Shown here in pieces: positions 1 through 11,664 of a stretch of 64,000 bases of DNA. The notes under the pieces were generated by a model. The model saw only the letters and a program-made list of their open reading frames with translations, was not told the DNA's origin and made no database searches. The DNA comes from Mobula hypostoma (lineage: Eukaryota). Each line of letters starts with the position of its first letter. The first letter of the stretch is position 1. The stretch covers positions 171,866,001-171,930,000 of the forward strand of contig NC_086097.1 of assembly GCF_963921235.1 (NCBI RefSeq), read 5' to 3'. Made by a program: the position numbers and the translations under genes.

Positions 1-378
1 ACCAAAGCCTTACATTCCCCTTAACAGCCCTGTTAATCTTCTGTCCTTCCTCTCTGGTTTATGACATCCTTCCTACAGAAGGGTTACGAGAATTACACAC
101 CATACTCTAAACATGGCTTTACCAACATCTTGTACAACTGTAACACAGCAGGTCAATTCTTGGACTCAATATTCTTAGATCCCCTCATCCACCCGCCTCC
201 TTCTCCTCTCTTTAACAATCTAGTCTTCATTTTCTATCTCTTATTCTGTTTTTGATTTGACCCAAAATCACAATTTTCTTCCTCATCATTTTCCTGTTTC
301 TTCCGATCTCACTGATTAAGGTGTCAGACGTTGCTGTGGGCCACAGATGCCCACAGTGCCCTTGCCGAATTACAGTCA

Positions 379-1347
379 GGCTACGTCCACACTACGCCAG
401 ATAATTTTGAAAACGAAGCTTTTTCTCTTCGTTTTGACCCTCTGTCCACCCTAAAACGGTGTTTTCATCCCTCGAAAATGGAGATTTTCAGAAACGGTCT
501 CCAGAGTGAATAAATCTGAAAACGCCTAATATCCGTTGCAGTGTGTACGGGGTAACCGGAGCTTTTTAAAACCGCTGTCACGACGTGCCGGAACAAATGG
601 CGGCAGCGTGGCATTTCACTGTTTTCTTATTATTATTACTACTTTATTGTCGCCAAACGATTGATACTAGAGCGTACAATCATCACAGCGATATTTAATT
701 CTGCGCTTCGCAGAACCTAACAATACCAGAACAGACGGCAACGAGACTGAAGCCAGAAGAGTTAGAAATGTACTCACCAAATACTTTGACCCATAGCTTA
801 CTGAATAAATAAGTATACTCACTTTGCCCTGTTTTCTGTCCTTGCTTGTGTGAAGGTGGTTTACCTATTTATGCCAGTCCTTCTCTGACAATAGATGTGT
901 AACAGCCTAATGTAACATTGTATGGAAATACAAGATAACACTGGTGTAGACATGTTTTATACATTTAACAAGGTGCTTTATTCATGCAACAGAGTTAGTC
1001 AGTTTTTCAATGTTCGTCGTCAGCCGGGTTTACCGTCTGTGAACTCCCTGTCGGTTGCCTCCATATGCTCCAGTATTTGTTCTTTTTAGTTTTAAGTCCT
1101 CCTGCGCGAGAGCCAAGACCAATTCCTTTTATGTTTTTCTACTCTGTAACTGGACAAACTAACACTAAGTATAGTTTCCTCTTCGCTTGTTTTCTGTGTG
1201 TCCTGCGCGTGCCCAGTAGAGGAGATCCGCCCAAATATCCCTGTTAGTGTGGACAGAGATATTTTGAAAAACGCTTAGTGTGTACGCCTGTCGTTTTTAC
1301 TCGAAACCGGCATTTTCAGAATGATCCAGCGTAGTGTGGACGTAGCC
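379..1347. mobile_element. Non-autonomous PIF/Harbinger-like DNA transposon (MITE, 969 bp)
   Basis: TIR GGCTACGTCCACACTACGC matches perfectly at both ends (19 bp) and extends imperfectly to about 35 bp. 3-bp TSD TCA at 376-378 and 1348-1350. No transposase ORF. Confidence 0.85.
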
Positions 1348-1434
1348 TCAGTTTACTCTTCCTGCAGCAAAGTGGAAACAGCCCTCTAAACTGAGGGATT
1401 GGAGGGCAAACCCAACAAGCAGGTCCTGCTGCTC

Positions 1435-2412
1435 AATTCAATTCAAGTTTAATTGCCATTCCAATTTACATGAATACCTATGATCAGCCAAACGAGACAG
1501 CATTACTACAGGCTCAAAGTGCTAAAACACATTAACAACCCCCAAACCCACCTACTGGCCCTGACGCCCATTAAGCAAATCCGTGGGCTTGAGACCGAGT
1601 CCTCGCCCCAACACTGGACTTCCACTAAGCGAATCCATGGCTTTGAGGCCCGGTCTTTGCATAACAAGCGCATACAGAATATTAGTAAAAACACACCCTC
1701 AGTATGTATACAGTCTAGACCTCTCAGAGCATTTGAAATCTTCAGTCAACCACAGCTGCGCTTCTCTGCCCCCAGTAGAGTACACCAGCTTGGACACCTT
1801 TCCCCCGGTGGCTGAAAAACAAGCAACCCTGCAGCTTGAGGCCTGAGTCCATAGAGTGCACCAAAATAAATCCGCAATTGGCCACAACATAGCTTCAGAG
1901 ATCTTCTTCCATCAAGTGAAACCCCGGGAGGCAGTGCTAACTCTGTTCTGGATGCCACACCACACTGCCCCCAATGAAGAGTAATGGCCTCGTTCTCTCA
2001 CTCCAGGCAGCTGCAAACAGGTGACATCATGGCTTCAGGCCTCATCCTCACTATGGCCAAAGCTCCCCCACCATCCACCCCTGCTCTCATCCAATAAATC
2101 AGCAAATTGAACTTGCGGCGTTCCACATTAACAATGTCCAAAGGGGTCTTGCGATCACAAAAAAAAGCGACCATGACAGCTGCTCACTATTTGACTGTAG
2201 GCCTCCATCGACTCAGGCAGCCACGCATTGCTCAGCTCCTTCATTATCTCCGCCTGCAAACAATTCACTGATGGTGTAGACCTGCAGTCCTTTAAGCTCT
2301 CAATGAATAGCAGGAATTTGTGATCATTAGAAGTACATTTAAGTAGAACAGTAGCACCTTTTGCTGACCGTGTACAAATTGCGGTGACTAGTCGCGCCGC
2401 CTTCTTGCCAGA
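1435..2412 (-). mobile_element. Non-coding retroelement with Rex1/Babar-like termini
   Basis: Minus strand ends ...ACAATTAAACTTGAA(TTGAA)-like, similar to the plus-strand tail at about 4800-4950. The 5' end is AAGAAGGCGGCG-like. No coding capacity. Confidence 0.4.
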
Positions 2413-3384
2413 AGTACGTATAGTGAGAGCCAACAGATTCTGGGCCTCTGTAGACCAGCATCTTCTTAACGATGCTAATTATCTGACATTCCTTTAGATT
2501 TCTGATTTTCAAATCAAAGACAGTAAAGGTCACTACTCTGTTTCTGGGTCATTAAAATACCTAAAACCGAAGAACTTACCATCTTTTCTTCAACAAAATA
2601 TGTACGTTTCTCATTATAAATGTGAGCCTCACCCAGAGGCTGTACTTGGATGAATGTTTCATGGGTCAGTGTTTAAGAGGCACAGTGGTCATTTCTATTT
2701 AGTGTGCTCCAGTCTTTTTAATAATGAATCTGATCCTGTAAAGGGAAAGCAAATCGTTTAAGCATTTACATAGCACCTTCTCCAAATAATTCATGAGAAT
2801 GTACGAACATCACCATAAAACACAGGGGACAGATTACTAACATGCTACCTGACCTGAAATAGGATAAAGTGCTTTCCATATCATTTTCACTCATATCCCT
2901 TGTGAAGTAGCTGACACCTGATCTTTCATCCAGTTTCATTGGTGAGTTACTGATTAACATTTCAATTGAAGTTTGCGAAATGGTCCTCTTCTAACACCTC
3001 CTCCCATTTACCTGCTCTGGGTCATAAATTATACATGGCGTCTTCATCAATCTTTTAAATTGGCCTTTTAACGTTAGCACATATTTTCACTGATCTTCTC
3101 ATTTTGTTCATTTTTCCCTTGGCATCTGATGAAGGCAGGGCCATGCACTGCTTACAAAATAAGATTCAAAAAGAGGTCGTGAAGCAAAGGGATTTCAGAG
3201 AGGAAATGCTCAAATAATTAAAAATGAATCGTTCACAGTTAAGAAGGACAGAGAAAGAGAAAAATCAGTGTTATTCTAGAGTTGCAAACAGAGGGTTAAG
3301 GCTACACTTGTATTGAACCTTGGTTAGACCAAGCTTGTATGCATCTCTGTCACTATATTAAAATTTGGCAATTGGCTAAATTGG

Positions 3385-4005
3385 TCCGTTTCCCCGAGCA
3401 CCTGCACTCCATCCGCCAGAAGAAGCAAGATCTCCAAATGGTCACACATTTTATTCCACTTCGACATGTCAATCCATGGCCTCTTCTACTGTCATGATGA
3501 GGCCACACTCAGGTTGGAGGAACAACACCTTATATTCAATCTAGGTAGCCTCCAACCTGATGGCATCAACATCGATTTCTCGAACTTCCAGAAATGGCCT
3601 CCACCCCTCTCCTTCACCATTCCTCATCCCCTTTTCCCCTATCTCCTTGACTGGCTATCACCTCCCTCTGGTGATCCTCCCCCTTTTTCTTTCTTTCATA
3701 CCCTTCTGTCCTCTCCTATCAAACTCCCCCTTCTCCAGCCCTGTATCTCTTTCACCAATCAAATTCCCAGCTGTCTACCTCATCTCTCCCCATCCCATTT
3801 TCACCGATCACCTTGTGTTTCTCTCTTCCCTCCCCCACCTTTCAAATCTACTCCTCATCCTTCTTTTCTTCGGTCCTGCCGAAGGGTCTCGGCCTGAAAT
3901 GTCGATGGTACTTTTTTCCATAGATGCTGTTTGGCCTGCTGAGTCCCTCCAGAATTTTGTGTGTGTTGCTTGGATTTCCAGTATCTGCAGATTTTCTTTT
4001 GTTTG
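3385..4005 (+). mobile_element. Penelope-like element 3' fragment (GIY-YIG C-terminus plus pseudo-LTR tail)
   Basis: Translates to ...SIHGLFYCHDEATLRLEEQHLIFNLGSLQPDGINIDFSNF, matching the copy at 26200-26526. Has the same CT-rich tail, with a mutated hammerhead core (CTGCCGA) near 3875. Confidence 0.85.
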
Positions 4006-4259
4006 TAAATTGGTCCACTTTTGTCAAATGTGCCAAGGTACTGTGAAAAACTTTGTTTTCATGCCATCCATACTCATAACTTCATTACATCAGTGCATCA
4101 AAATAATACAAGGGAAAATTAATAACGGAATGCTGAAATTTGACTAAAAGCATTATTATTAACACCTTTTCTGAAGTGAATTGTGGTAAACTATCACCAT
4201 AAACAACAAAGAGGCAAGTGAAGGCGAAGCGAATTTGAAGGAAGAGCCATGCTGTTGCA

Positions 4260-4950
4260 CTGCAAAATCGACGCAGATGGAGTTGGAGAGGAGGAGCTGA
4301 GGCAGAGGAGTTTTGATGCCCGTACAACTAACCCCGGGTATGAGGTTGGATCGCTCTAAACAATGAGCCGATTTGGAGAGGTCAAGAATGGCAGCATGAT
4401 CTAGGCAGGGCCTGGATCCTAATGATCGAACAAATTATACAAATGATTGTCTCAAACTTTGAACTGCAGCACCCTGTTGGACATTGGTAATGTAAATGCA
4501 AGTCCATTTCATTGGCTCATTGGTGAGACCAACGGTTGGGAAGCTGCATAGCCTCGGTTGTTGCGCAGATCAATCCCATGCAGGGCTGAGGGGCTGGCCC
4601 CGCCCATTGGTGCTGCCCTCTGGTGTTCGCACGGTGGAAGACAAGTTGTACTGCAATTGTCTACTGCTGCACTAGAGCATAGTGAGGATTACTGTGCGCT
4701 TGTTCCAGGACAACATCCCTTGCACCATCAATCTACAGGCCATGACTTGGGCTATATATTTTCTGTGACTGTATGCATTTCTGCTATTGTAACTGTGCTA
4801 TACGTACTGTGTGCTGGGTGTGATTGTTGGTATTGTGTTTTGTACCCTGGCCCCAGAGGAACGCTGTTTCATTTGTGCCCTGGCCCCAGAGGAACGCTGT
4901 TTCATTTGGCGTGTTCATGTGTATGGTTGCTTGACAATTAAACTTGAACT
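4260..4950 (+). mobile_element. Non-coding retroelement with Rex1-like 3' tail
   Basis: TG-rich tail ending GACAATTAAACTTGAACT. It interrupts a minus-strand Rex1-like tail (about 4010-4110, resuming about 4950). Confidence 0.4.
4845..4908. repeat. 33-bp tandem duplication (about 2 copies)
   Basis: CCCTGGCCCCAGAGGAACGCTGTTTCATTTG occurs at 4845 and again at 4878. Confidence 0.95.
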
Positions 4951-5344
4951 AAGGTAAAACAATAACAATGCAGAATAAAGTTACTGAAAACGGGCAGTGG
5001 AGATCAAGAGGTAAATTGTGAGTCTAGAATCTATCATCTTATTTATTTTAGTTTATTTAGTGAATTAGCATGAAGTAGACCCTTCCGGCCTTTTGAGCCA
5101 CACTGTCCCAGCAACCCCGACACCTTTTACATGATTATCCTGTCCTATGACTTCAGCAGCAGGTATTGAGGTAACATCGTACATCCTAAATACAGTAGAC
5201 ATCTCTTTATTGAAGGTCCTAAGACCTGTGGACATTCTGTTCACAGCCTCATGATATTCCCTGTGTATTCTAAAGCCTCTTCCAAACCACTTAAAAAGTG
5301 TTGATGTTTATATGTTGTGTATTTAAGGGACTACCAGGACTTAC

Positions 5345-6180
5345 AAATAAGGAGTAGGAAGGAAGCCATTTGACCTATTAACTCTCCTCTGTCATCTAAA
5401 AAGATCATAGCTGATCTCTACAAATTACTGCCAAATTACTCCATAACCCTTGACATCCCAACAGTCCTAAAATTCCACAGTCATGAACATTGCTCAGCTT
5501 CCATACACTCAAGGTGGAGAATTCAAAGATTCACGGTTCCCTTACAGGAGAAACCCCTGGTGAATCTCTTCTTCTCTCCCTCTAATGCTGCTCCATCCTT
5601 CTTCTAAAATGGTGACCAGAATGGTACACAATACACCAAGCATGGTTTAACCAACATTTAGTGCTGCAATATCTTGACATTCTTCTCCGTGGATTGTTAC
5701 CTTGTCATGGTGGAGAAGCTTGTGTGGTCCTGTGATCCCGAGAGCAATGCCGTCTGGAGCTATGCTCCTGGTAGGGTCACCCATAGCGGTAAGGTCGAGG
5801 GTGAGGTCCCTGACAAAGTACTATCCAACTAAGACCTCAACGGTGGAACAGGCGGATGAAGTTACTTCGAACTCAACCGCTGTGAAGGCGGATGAAGGCT
5901 GCAACAAATCCATCAGCTCCAATCATCGTGGTTTCCATGCCATTGGAATCAGTTGGTTGATTTGTGAAGTATCGTGTGCTTCTTGGAGTGCAACATCAAG
6001 TACACGTTAAACAAATACACGCACAAGCGTCTTCACTCTGTGGGCCACTTCTTCAGAACGAAGACCATCATCCTCGACCTCGAGGGATAGCCACCACAAC
6101 AACGATTATGACATTGTAACTCTTATATTCAATGTAACGGCCTGTCAGTGCAAGCATGCCAAATGCTTTCTTCACTATCT
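5345..6180 (-). mobile_element. Old degenerate CR1 3' fragment, split by the insertion at 5682-6108
   Basis: CR1-like ...GGTGACCAGAATGGTACACAATACACCAAG... before the insert resumes as ...GCAAGCATGCCAAATGCTTTCTTCAC after it. Confidence 0.6.
5682..6108 (+). mobile_element. Non-autonomous RTE-derived (Expander/Rex3-like 5' UTR) element
   Basis: The 5' part CCTTGTCATGGTGGAG...GGTAGGGTCACCCAT...TGACAAAG resembles RTE/Expander leaders. The 3' end is ACCATCATCCTCGACCTCGAGGGATAGCC followed by a (CAA/CAC)n tail. TSD TGACATT at 5675-5681 and 6109-6115. Confidence 0.7.
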
Positions 6181-7094
6181 TTTCCTCATTTTCAAAAATC
6201 AATCAACGTGCACCACAAGCGTTCTCTGTATATGAACACTTATGTGGAGACATAAAAAAACAGCGTTTGCTGGAATCTGGAGTAAAGTTAAGCTGCTGAA
6301 AAATAACTAATTGATTGTTCCAGTGGTTTATTTTTAACATTCGTGTGGTCCCTGTCAATTACTGTATATTACCTGTCAACATTTGATATCTTAAAATGCA
6401 ATATTGCACAACTGTCAATTGAATCAAGACTTCCTGATTTCCATCGTCTATCCCCTTACAATGAATGTAAACATTACTTTTGCCTTCATAATTGATTATT
6501 CTAACTACATACAATCTTCTAGTGTATTATGTGTGAGAATTATTATGTCTCTCTGCATCACAACATTCTGCTCTCTCCATAAAAGCAACTTTATGCTTCT
6601 CGATTATTTTATCCTGTTTTAACACCATTAACCAGGAGAGAATTTCAAGGCAAAAGAGTCAATTTTTTTGGAAAGTTACAGATCTGAAACAGTGGCTGGT
6701 GATCACTGACAGTAAAAGATGAGTTTTAATTGAGCATTAGGCAGGTACAAGTGAACTTTCAAAGCTTAGTACAGTGTCCTATTGGGAGAGATTTAACATT
6801 CAGAAAGAAACTGGTCTTCTAACTATCCTAATTCAATCATAGCCTTTCCCACTGCACCCATTATTTTCCATATTTTTATGACAAAAAAGCATTCCATTAA
6901 GTCTATGCTGTCTTTCAAAAGCTGTCCCATCTGTCCCTTATTTCTTTGTAACCTCTTCTCCCTCACATATCGATCAACCATCTCCCCATTACTTCTCCAT
7001 CACCTGCCTACATATTAGGGGCAATTCACAGTGCTGAATGAACCTACCAACCTGCACAACTTTGTGATGTGGGAGGAAGCTGGCACGCCTGCAT

Positions 7095-10000
7095 AGAAGT
7101 CAGCACGAGAGCATAACACTTTATAGCGTCGGTGGTCAGGGATCATTTCCCATCACTGTCTGGAAAAAAAAATTATAATTTCTCCCTGCGACTGCGTGGG
7201 TTTCCTCCAGATGCTCCAATTTCAACCCATATTCCAAAGACAAACGGGTTAGGGTTAGTATGTTGTGGGCAAGCTATTTAGAAACATAGAAACATAGAAA
7301 ATAGGTGCAAGAGTAGGCCATTCGGCCCTTTGAGCCTGCACCGCCATTCAATATGATCATGACTGATCATCCAACTCAGAACCCTGTACCTGCCTTCTCT
7401 CCATACCCCCTGATCCCTTTAGCCACAAGGACCATATCTAACTTGCTCTTAAACATAGCCAATGAACTGGCCTCAACTGTTTCCTGTGTCAGAGAATTCC
7501 ACAGATTCACCACTCTCTGTGTGAAGAAGTTTTTCCTCATCTCGGTCCTAAAAGGCTTCCCCTTTATCCTTAAACTGTGACCCCTCGTTCTGGACTACCC
7601 CAACATTGGGAACAATCTTCCTGCATCTAGCCTGTCCAATCCTTTTAGGATTTTATACATTTCAATAAGATCCCCCCTCAATCTTCTAAATTCCATCGAG
7701 TATGAGCCTAGTTCACCCAGTCTTTCATCATATGAAAGTCCTGCCATCCCAGGAATCAATCTGGTGAACCTTCTTTGTACTCCCTCTATGGCAAGAATGT
7801 CTTTCCTTTGATTAGGGGACCAAAACTGCACACAATACTCCAGGTGTGGTCTCATCAAGGCCTTGTACAACTGCAGTAGTACCTCCCTGCTCCTGTATTC
7901 GAATCCTCTTGCTATGAATGCCAGCATACCATTCGCCTTTTTCACCGCCTGCTGTACCTGCATGCCCACTTTCAATGACTGGTGTATAATGACACCCAGG
8001 TCTCATTTCACCTCCCCTTTTCCTAATCGGTCACCATTCAGATAATAATCTGTTTTCCTGTTTTTACCACCAAGTGGATAATCTCACATTTATCCACATT
8101 AAATTGCATCTGCCATGAATTTGCCCACTCACCTAACCTATCCAAGTCACCCTGCATCCTCTGAGCATCCTCCTCACAGCTAACGCTGTCGCCCAGCTTC
8201 GTGTCATCCGCAAACTTGGAGAAGCTGCATTTAATTCCCTCATCTAAGTCATTAATATATATTGTAAACAACTGGGGTCCCAGCACTGAGCCTTGCGGTA
8301 CCCCACTAGTCGCTGCCTGCCATTCTGAAAAGGTCCCGTTTATTCCCACTCTTTGCTTCCTGTCTGCCAACCAATTCTCTATCCACATCAATACCATACT
8401 CCCAATACCACGTGCTTTAAGTTTGCACAATAATCTCCTGTGTGGGACCTTGTCAAAAGCCTTTTGAAAATCCAAGGATACCACATCCACTGGTTCTCCC
8501 CTATCCACTCTACTAGTTACATCCTCAAAAAATTCTATGAGATTCGTCAGACATGATTTTCCTTTCACAAATCCATGCTGACTTTGTCCGATCATTTCAC
8601 CGCTTTCCAAATGTGCTGTTGTCACATCTTTGATAACTGACTCTAGCATTTTCCCCACCACCGATGTTAGGCTAACCGGTCTATAATTCCATGGTTTCTC
8701 TCTCCCACCTTTTTTAAAAAGCGGTGTTACATTAGCCACCCTCCAATCCTCAGGAACTAGTCCAGTATCTAAAGAGTTTTGAAAAATTATCACTAATGCA
8801 CCCACTATTTCTTGGGCTACTTCCTTAAGCACTCTGGGATGCAGACCATCTGGCCCTGGGGATTTATCTGCCTTTAAATCCTTCAATTTACCTAACACCA
8901 CTTCCCTACTAACATGTATTTCCCTCAGTTCCTCCATCTCACTAGACCCTCGGTCCCCTACTATTTCCAGAAGATTATTTATGTCCTCCTTAATGACGAC
9001 AGAACCAAAGTAGTTATTCAATTGGTCCGCCATGTCCTTGTTCCCCATGATCAATCCACCTGTTTCTGACAGTAAGGGACCTACATTTGTCTTAACCAAT
9101 CTTTTTTCTTTTCACATATCTATAAAAGCTTTTACAGTCAGTTTTTATGTTCCCTGCCAGCTTTCTCTCATAATCTTTTTCCCCTTTCCTAATTAAGCCC
9201 TTTGTCCTCCTCTGCTGGACTCTGACTTTCTCCCAGTCCTCTGGTGAGCCGCTTTTTCTGGCTAATTTGTATGTTTCTTCTTTGGAATTGATACTATCCC
9301 TAATTTCCCTTGTCAGCCACGGGTACACTACCTTCCCTGGTTTATTCTTTTGCCAAACTGGGATGAAGAATTGTTGTGGTTCATCCATGCGATCCTTAAA
9401 TGCTTGCCATTGCATATCTACCGTCAACCCTTTACGTATCATTTGCCAGTCTATTTTTAGCTAATTCACGTCTCATACCTTCAAAGTTACCCTTCTTTAA
9501 GTTCAGAACCTTTGTTTCTGAATTAACTATGTCACTCTCCATCTTAATGAAGAATTCCACCATATTATGGTCACTCTTACCCAAGGGGCCTCTCACGACA
9601 AGATTGCTAATTAACCCTTCCTCAGTGCTCAATACCCAGTCTAGAATTACCTGCTTTCTAGTTGGTTCCTCGACATGTTGGTTCAGAAAACCATCCCGCA
9701 TACATTCCAAGAAATCCTCTTTCTCAGCACCCTTACCAATTTGGTTCACCCAATCTATATGTAGATTGAAGTCACCCATTATAACTGCTGTTCCTTTATT
9801 GCACGCATTTCTAATTTCCTGTTTAATGCTATCCCCAACCTCACTACTACTGTTAGGTGGCCTGTACACAACTCCCACCAGCGTTTTCTGCCCCTTAGTG
9901 TTATGCAGCTCTACCCATATCGATTCCACATCCTCCCGGCTAATGTCCTTCCTTTCTATTGCATTAATCTCTCCTCTAACCAGCAATGCCTCCCCACCTC

Positions 10001-10275
10001 CTTTTCTTTCATGTCTATCCCTCCTGAATATTGAATATCCCTGAATGTTGAGCTCCTATCCTTGGTCACCCTGGAGTCATGTCTCTGTGATCCCAACTAT
10101 ATCATATTCATTAATAACAATCTGCACTTTCAATTCATCCACCTTAGGCACTGGAAGCATGGCAACACTTGTAGGCTGTCTCCAGTACATCCTTAGATTG
10201 TGTTAATCATTGACGTAAATGACATATTTCACTGTATGCTTTGATATTCGATGTACATGTGGCAATCTTATCTCT
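7095..10275 (+). mobile_element. tRNA-derived V-SINE split by a CR1 (7095-7278 and 10146-10275), itself inside a minus-strand SINE (7015-7090 and 10290-10395)
   Basis: V-domain-like TGCGTGGGTTTCCTCCAGATGCTCC...CCAAAGAC. The sequence continues GGCACTGGAAGCATGGCAACACTTG after the CR1. Confidence 0.65.
7279..10145 (-). mobile_element. 5'-truncated young CR1 LINE (family A)
   Basis: APE endonuclease (GVVYRPP, MGDFN, SDH) and RT ([23 protein letters not shown]) lie in frameshifted ORFs 9432-9986, 9092-9442, 8038-9099 and 7595-7975. Has a (TTTCTATG)n tail. Confidence 0.95.
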
Positions 10276-10509
10276 ATCTTTTATCTCACTGTCACAGGAG
10301 GTAAAGATAATCTCCACAGAGGCAGAGTTTGGGATTGAACCTGGGTCTCTGGCATTGTGAGGCAGTGACTCTACTAGGTGTACCACCCTGTTAGCCCAAA
10401 GTTCCAGCCTATATCCTATTAACTAACTCAAAAAATAACATTCTGATTATCTCTTGTTTGAATCCTTCCCCCTTACCTCTATATTATTTTATAATTTCAT
10501 CTTTCTTCT

Positions 10510-11278
10510 ATCTGAATGCATCACAACTTGATATGGCAACTACTCTACTCAAGACCACATGAAACTTCAGCGTGGATACAACGCAGCACATCATGGAAGC
10601 TAGCCTTCCCTCCAGGAGCTCTGTCTATACTTCTCACTGCCTCAGTAAATCAGCCAGCATAATCAAAGACTCCTTCCAACCTCCATCCCCACATTCCCAC
10701 CAGGCCGAAGATTAAACAGCCTGACAGCTCAGACCACGAGGCTCAAGGACAGCCTCCGTTTTGCTTTTGTTAGACTATTAAGTGGTTCCTTAGTGCAATA
10801 AAATGGACCTTTGGCCTCATAATCTACTTCACCATGGACCAAGAGCAAGGATTGACCTGTTGTTTAGCTAATTTAAGTGCCGGACCAGATTGAAAAAGCC
10901 AGAGGCAAGGGATGGCCAGTGTTCAGCTCACTGCTTTGTATGGTTTACTTGTCCCTGCGCTGAACGAGGCTATAGCCTGCGACTAATGGACCCCTGGATC
11001 GGCTGCACTGTGACTGACTTCATGGCTGTGGACTCACTTCAAAATGTTTACTCTTATTGTTTTTATGAGTTGTTTTTTTCTTCATATTGGGTGTTTTATG
11101 CTCTTTTTTTTAAAAAAAAGAGGTTGTATTGGTTTTTTTTTGTTTTCTGGCTGCCTGTAAGGAGACAAATCTCAAGTTTGTATATAGTATACATTCTTTG
11201 AAAATAAATGTACTTTAAACTTTGCGCCTTATTGTCTGCCTTCACTGCACTTTCTCTGTAACTGTAACACTTCATTCA
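10510..11278 (+). mobile_element. Rex1/Babar-like LINE 3' fragment interrupted by a non-coding element (about 10840-11222)
   Basis: Degenerate ITT*YGN...VYTSHCL..AASIIKD...RLKDS C-terminal motif. The insert ends AATAAATGTACTTTAAACTTTG. Confidence 0.6.
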
Positions 11279-11660
11279 AAGATTCAAAGTACATTTATTA
11301 TCAAAGAATGTATAAATTATACAACCTTGAGACTGACCTGCTTACAGGCAGCCACAATGAAAGAAACCTGAAAGAACCCAATTTTAAAAAACAGAAATAA
11401 AGATCAATACCCAATGCACAGAGAAAAAGAGAAAAGCACAAATCATGCAAACAATAAAAGCGAGCTTCAACATTTTGAATCAAAATTAGACCCGAATCCC
11501 TGGAGCAGTCTGGGGTAGGCCCAAACCTTGGTCTCAGTTCATCATATTAGCAGAGCAAATCGCCATGATGTTGCGCAGAGAGGAATGAATGTTGTGGGAG
11601 AGTGAACAACATCAGCCTGACTCTCGCCTCCAGTCCGACACCCTGCCTTTCCAGTTCATC
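11275..11660 (-). mobile_element. Non-coding element of the same tail family as 10840-11222 (another copy at about 52995-53225)
   Basis: GATTCAAAGTACATTTATTATCAAAGAATGTATA is shared with the 52997 copy and is complementary to the 11160-11222 tail. Confidence 0.65.
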
Positions 11661-11664
11661 CAGT

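Noticed and set aside
2766..3150. Possible minus-strand host exon (KLDERSGVSYFTRDMSEND...)
   Set aside because: All three frames from the best acceptor contain stops, the nearer acceptor lacks a pyrimidine tract, and I recognise no protein.
4845..4908. Direct repeat as a possible CRISPR-like unit
   Set aside because: Only two adjacent copies with no spacer, in eukaryotic TE sequence, so it is a simple tandem duplication.
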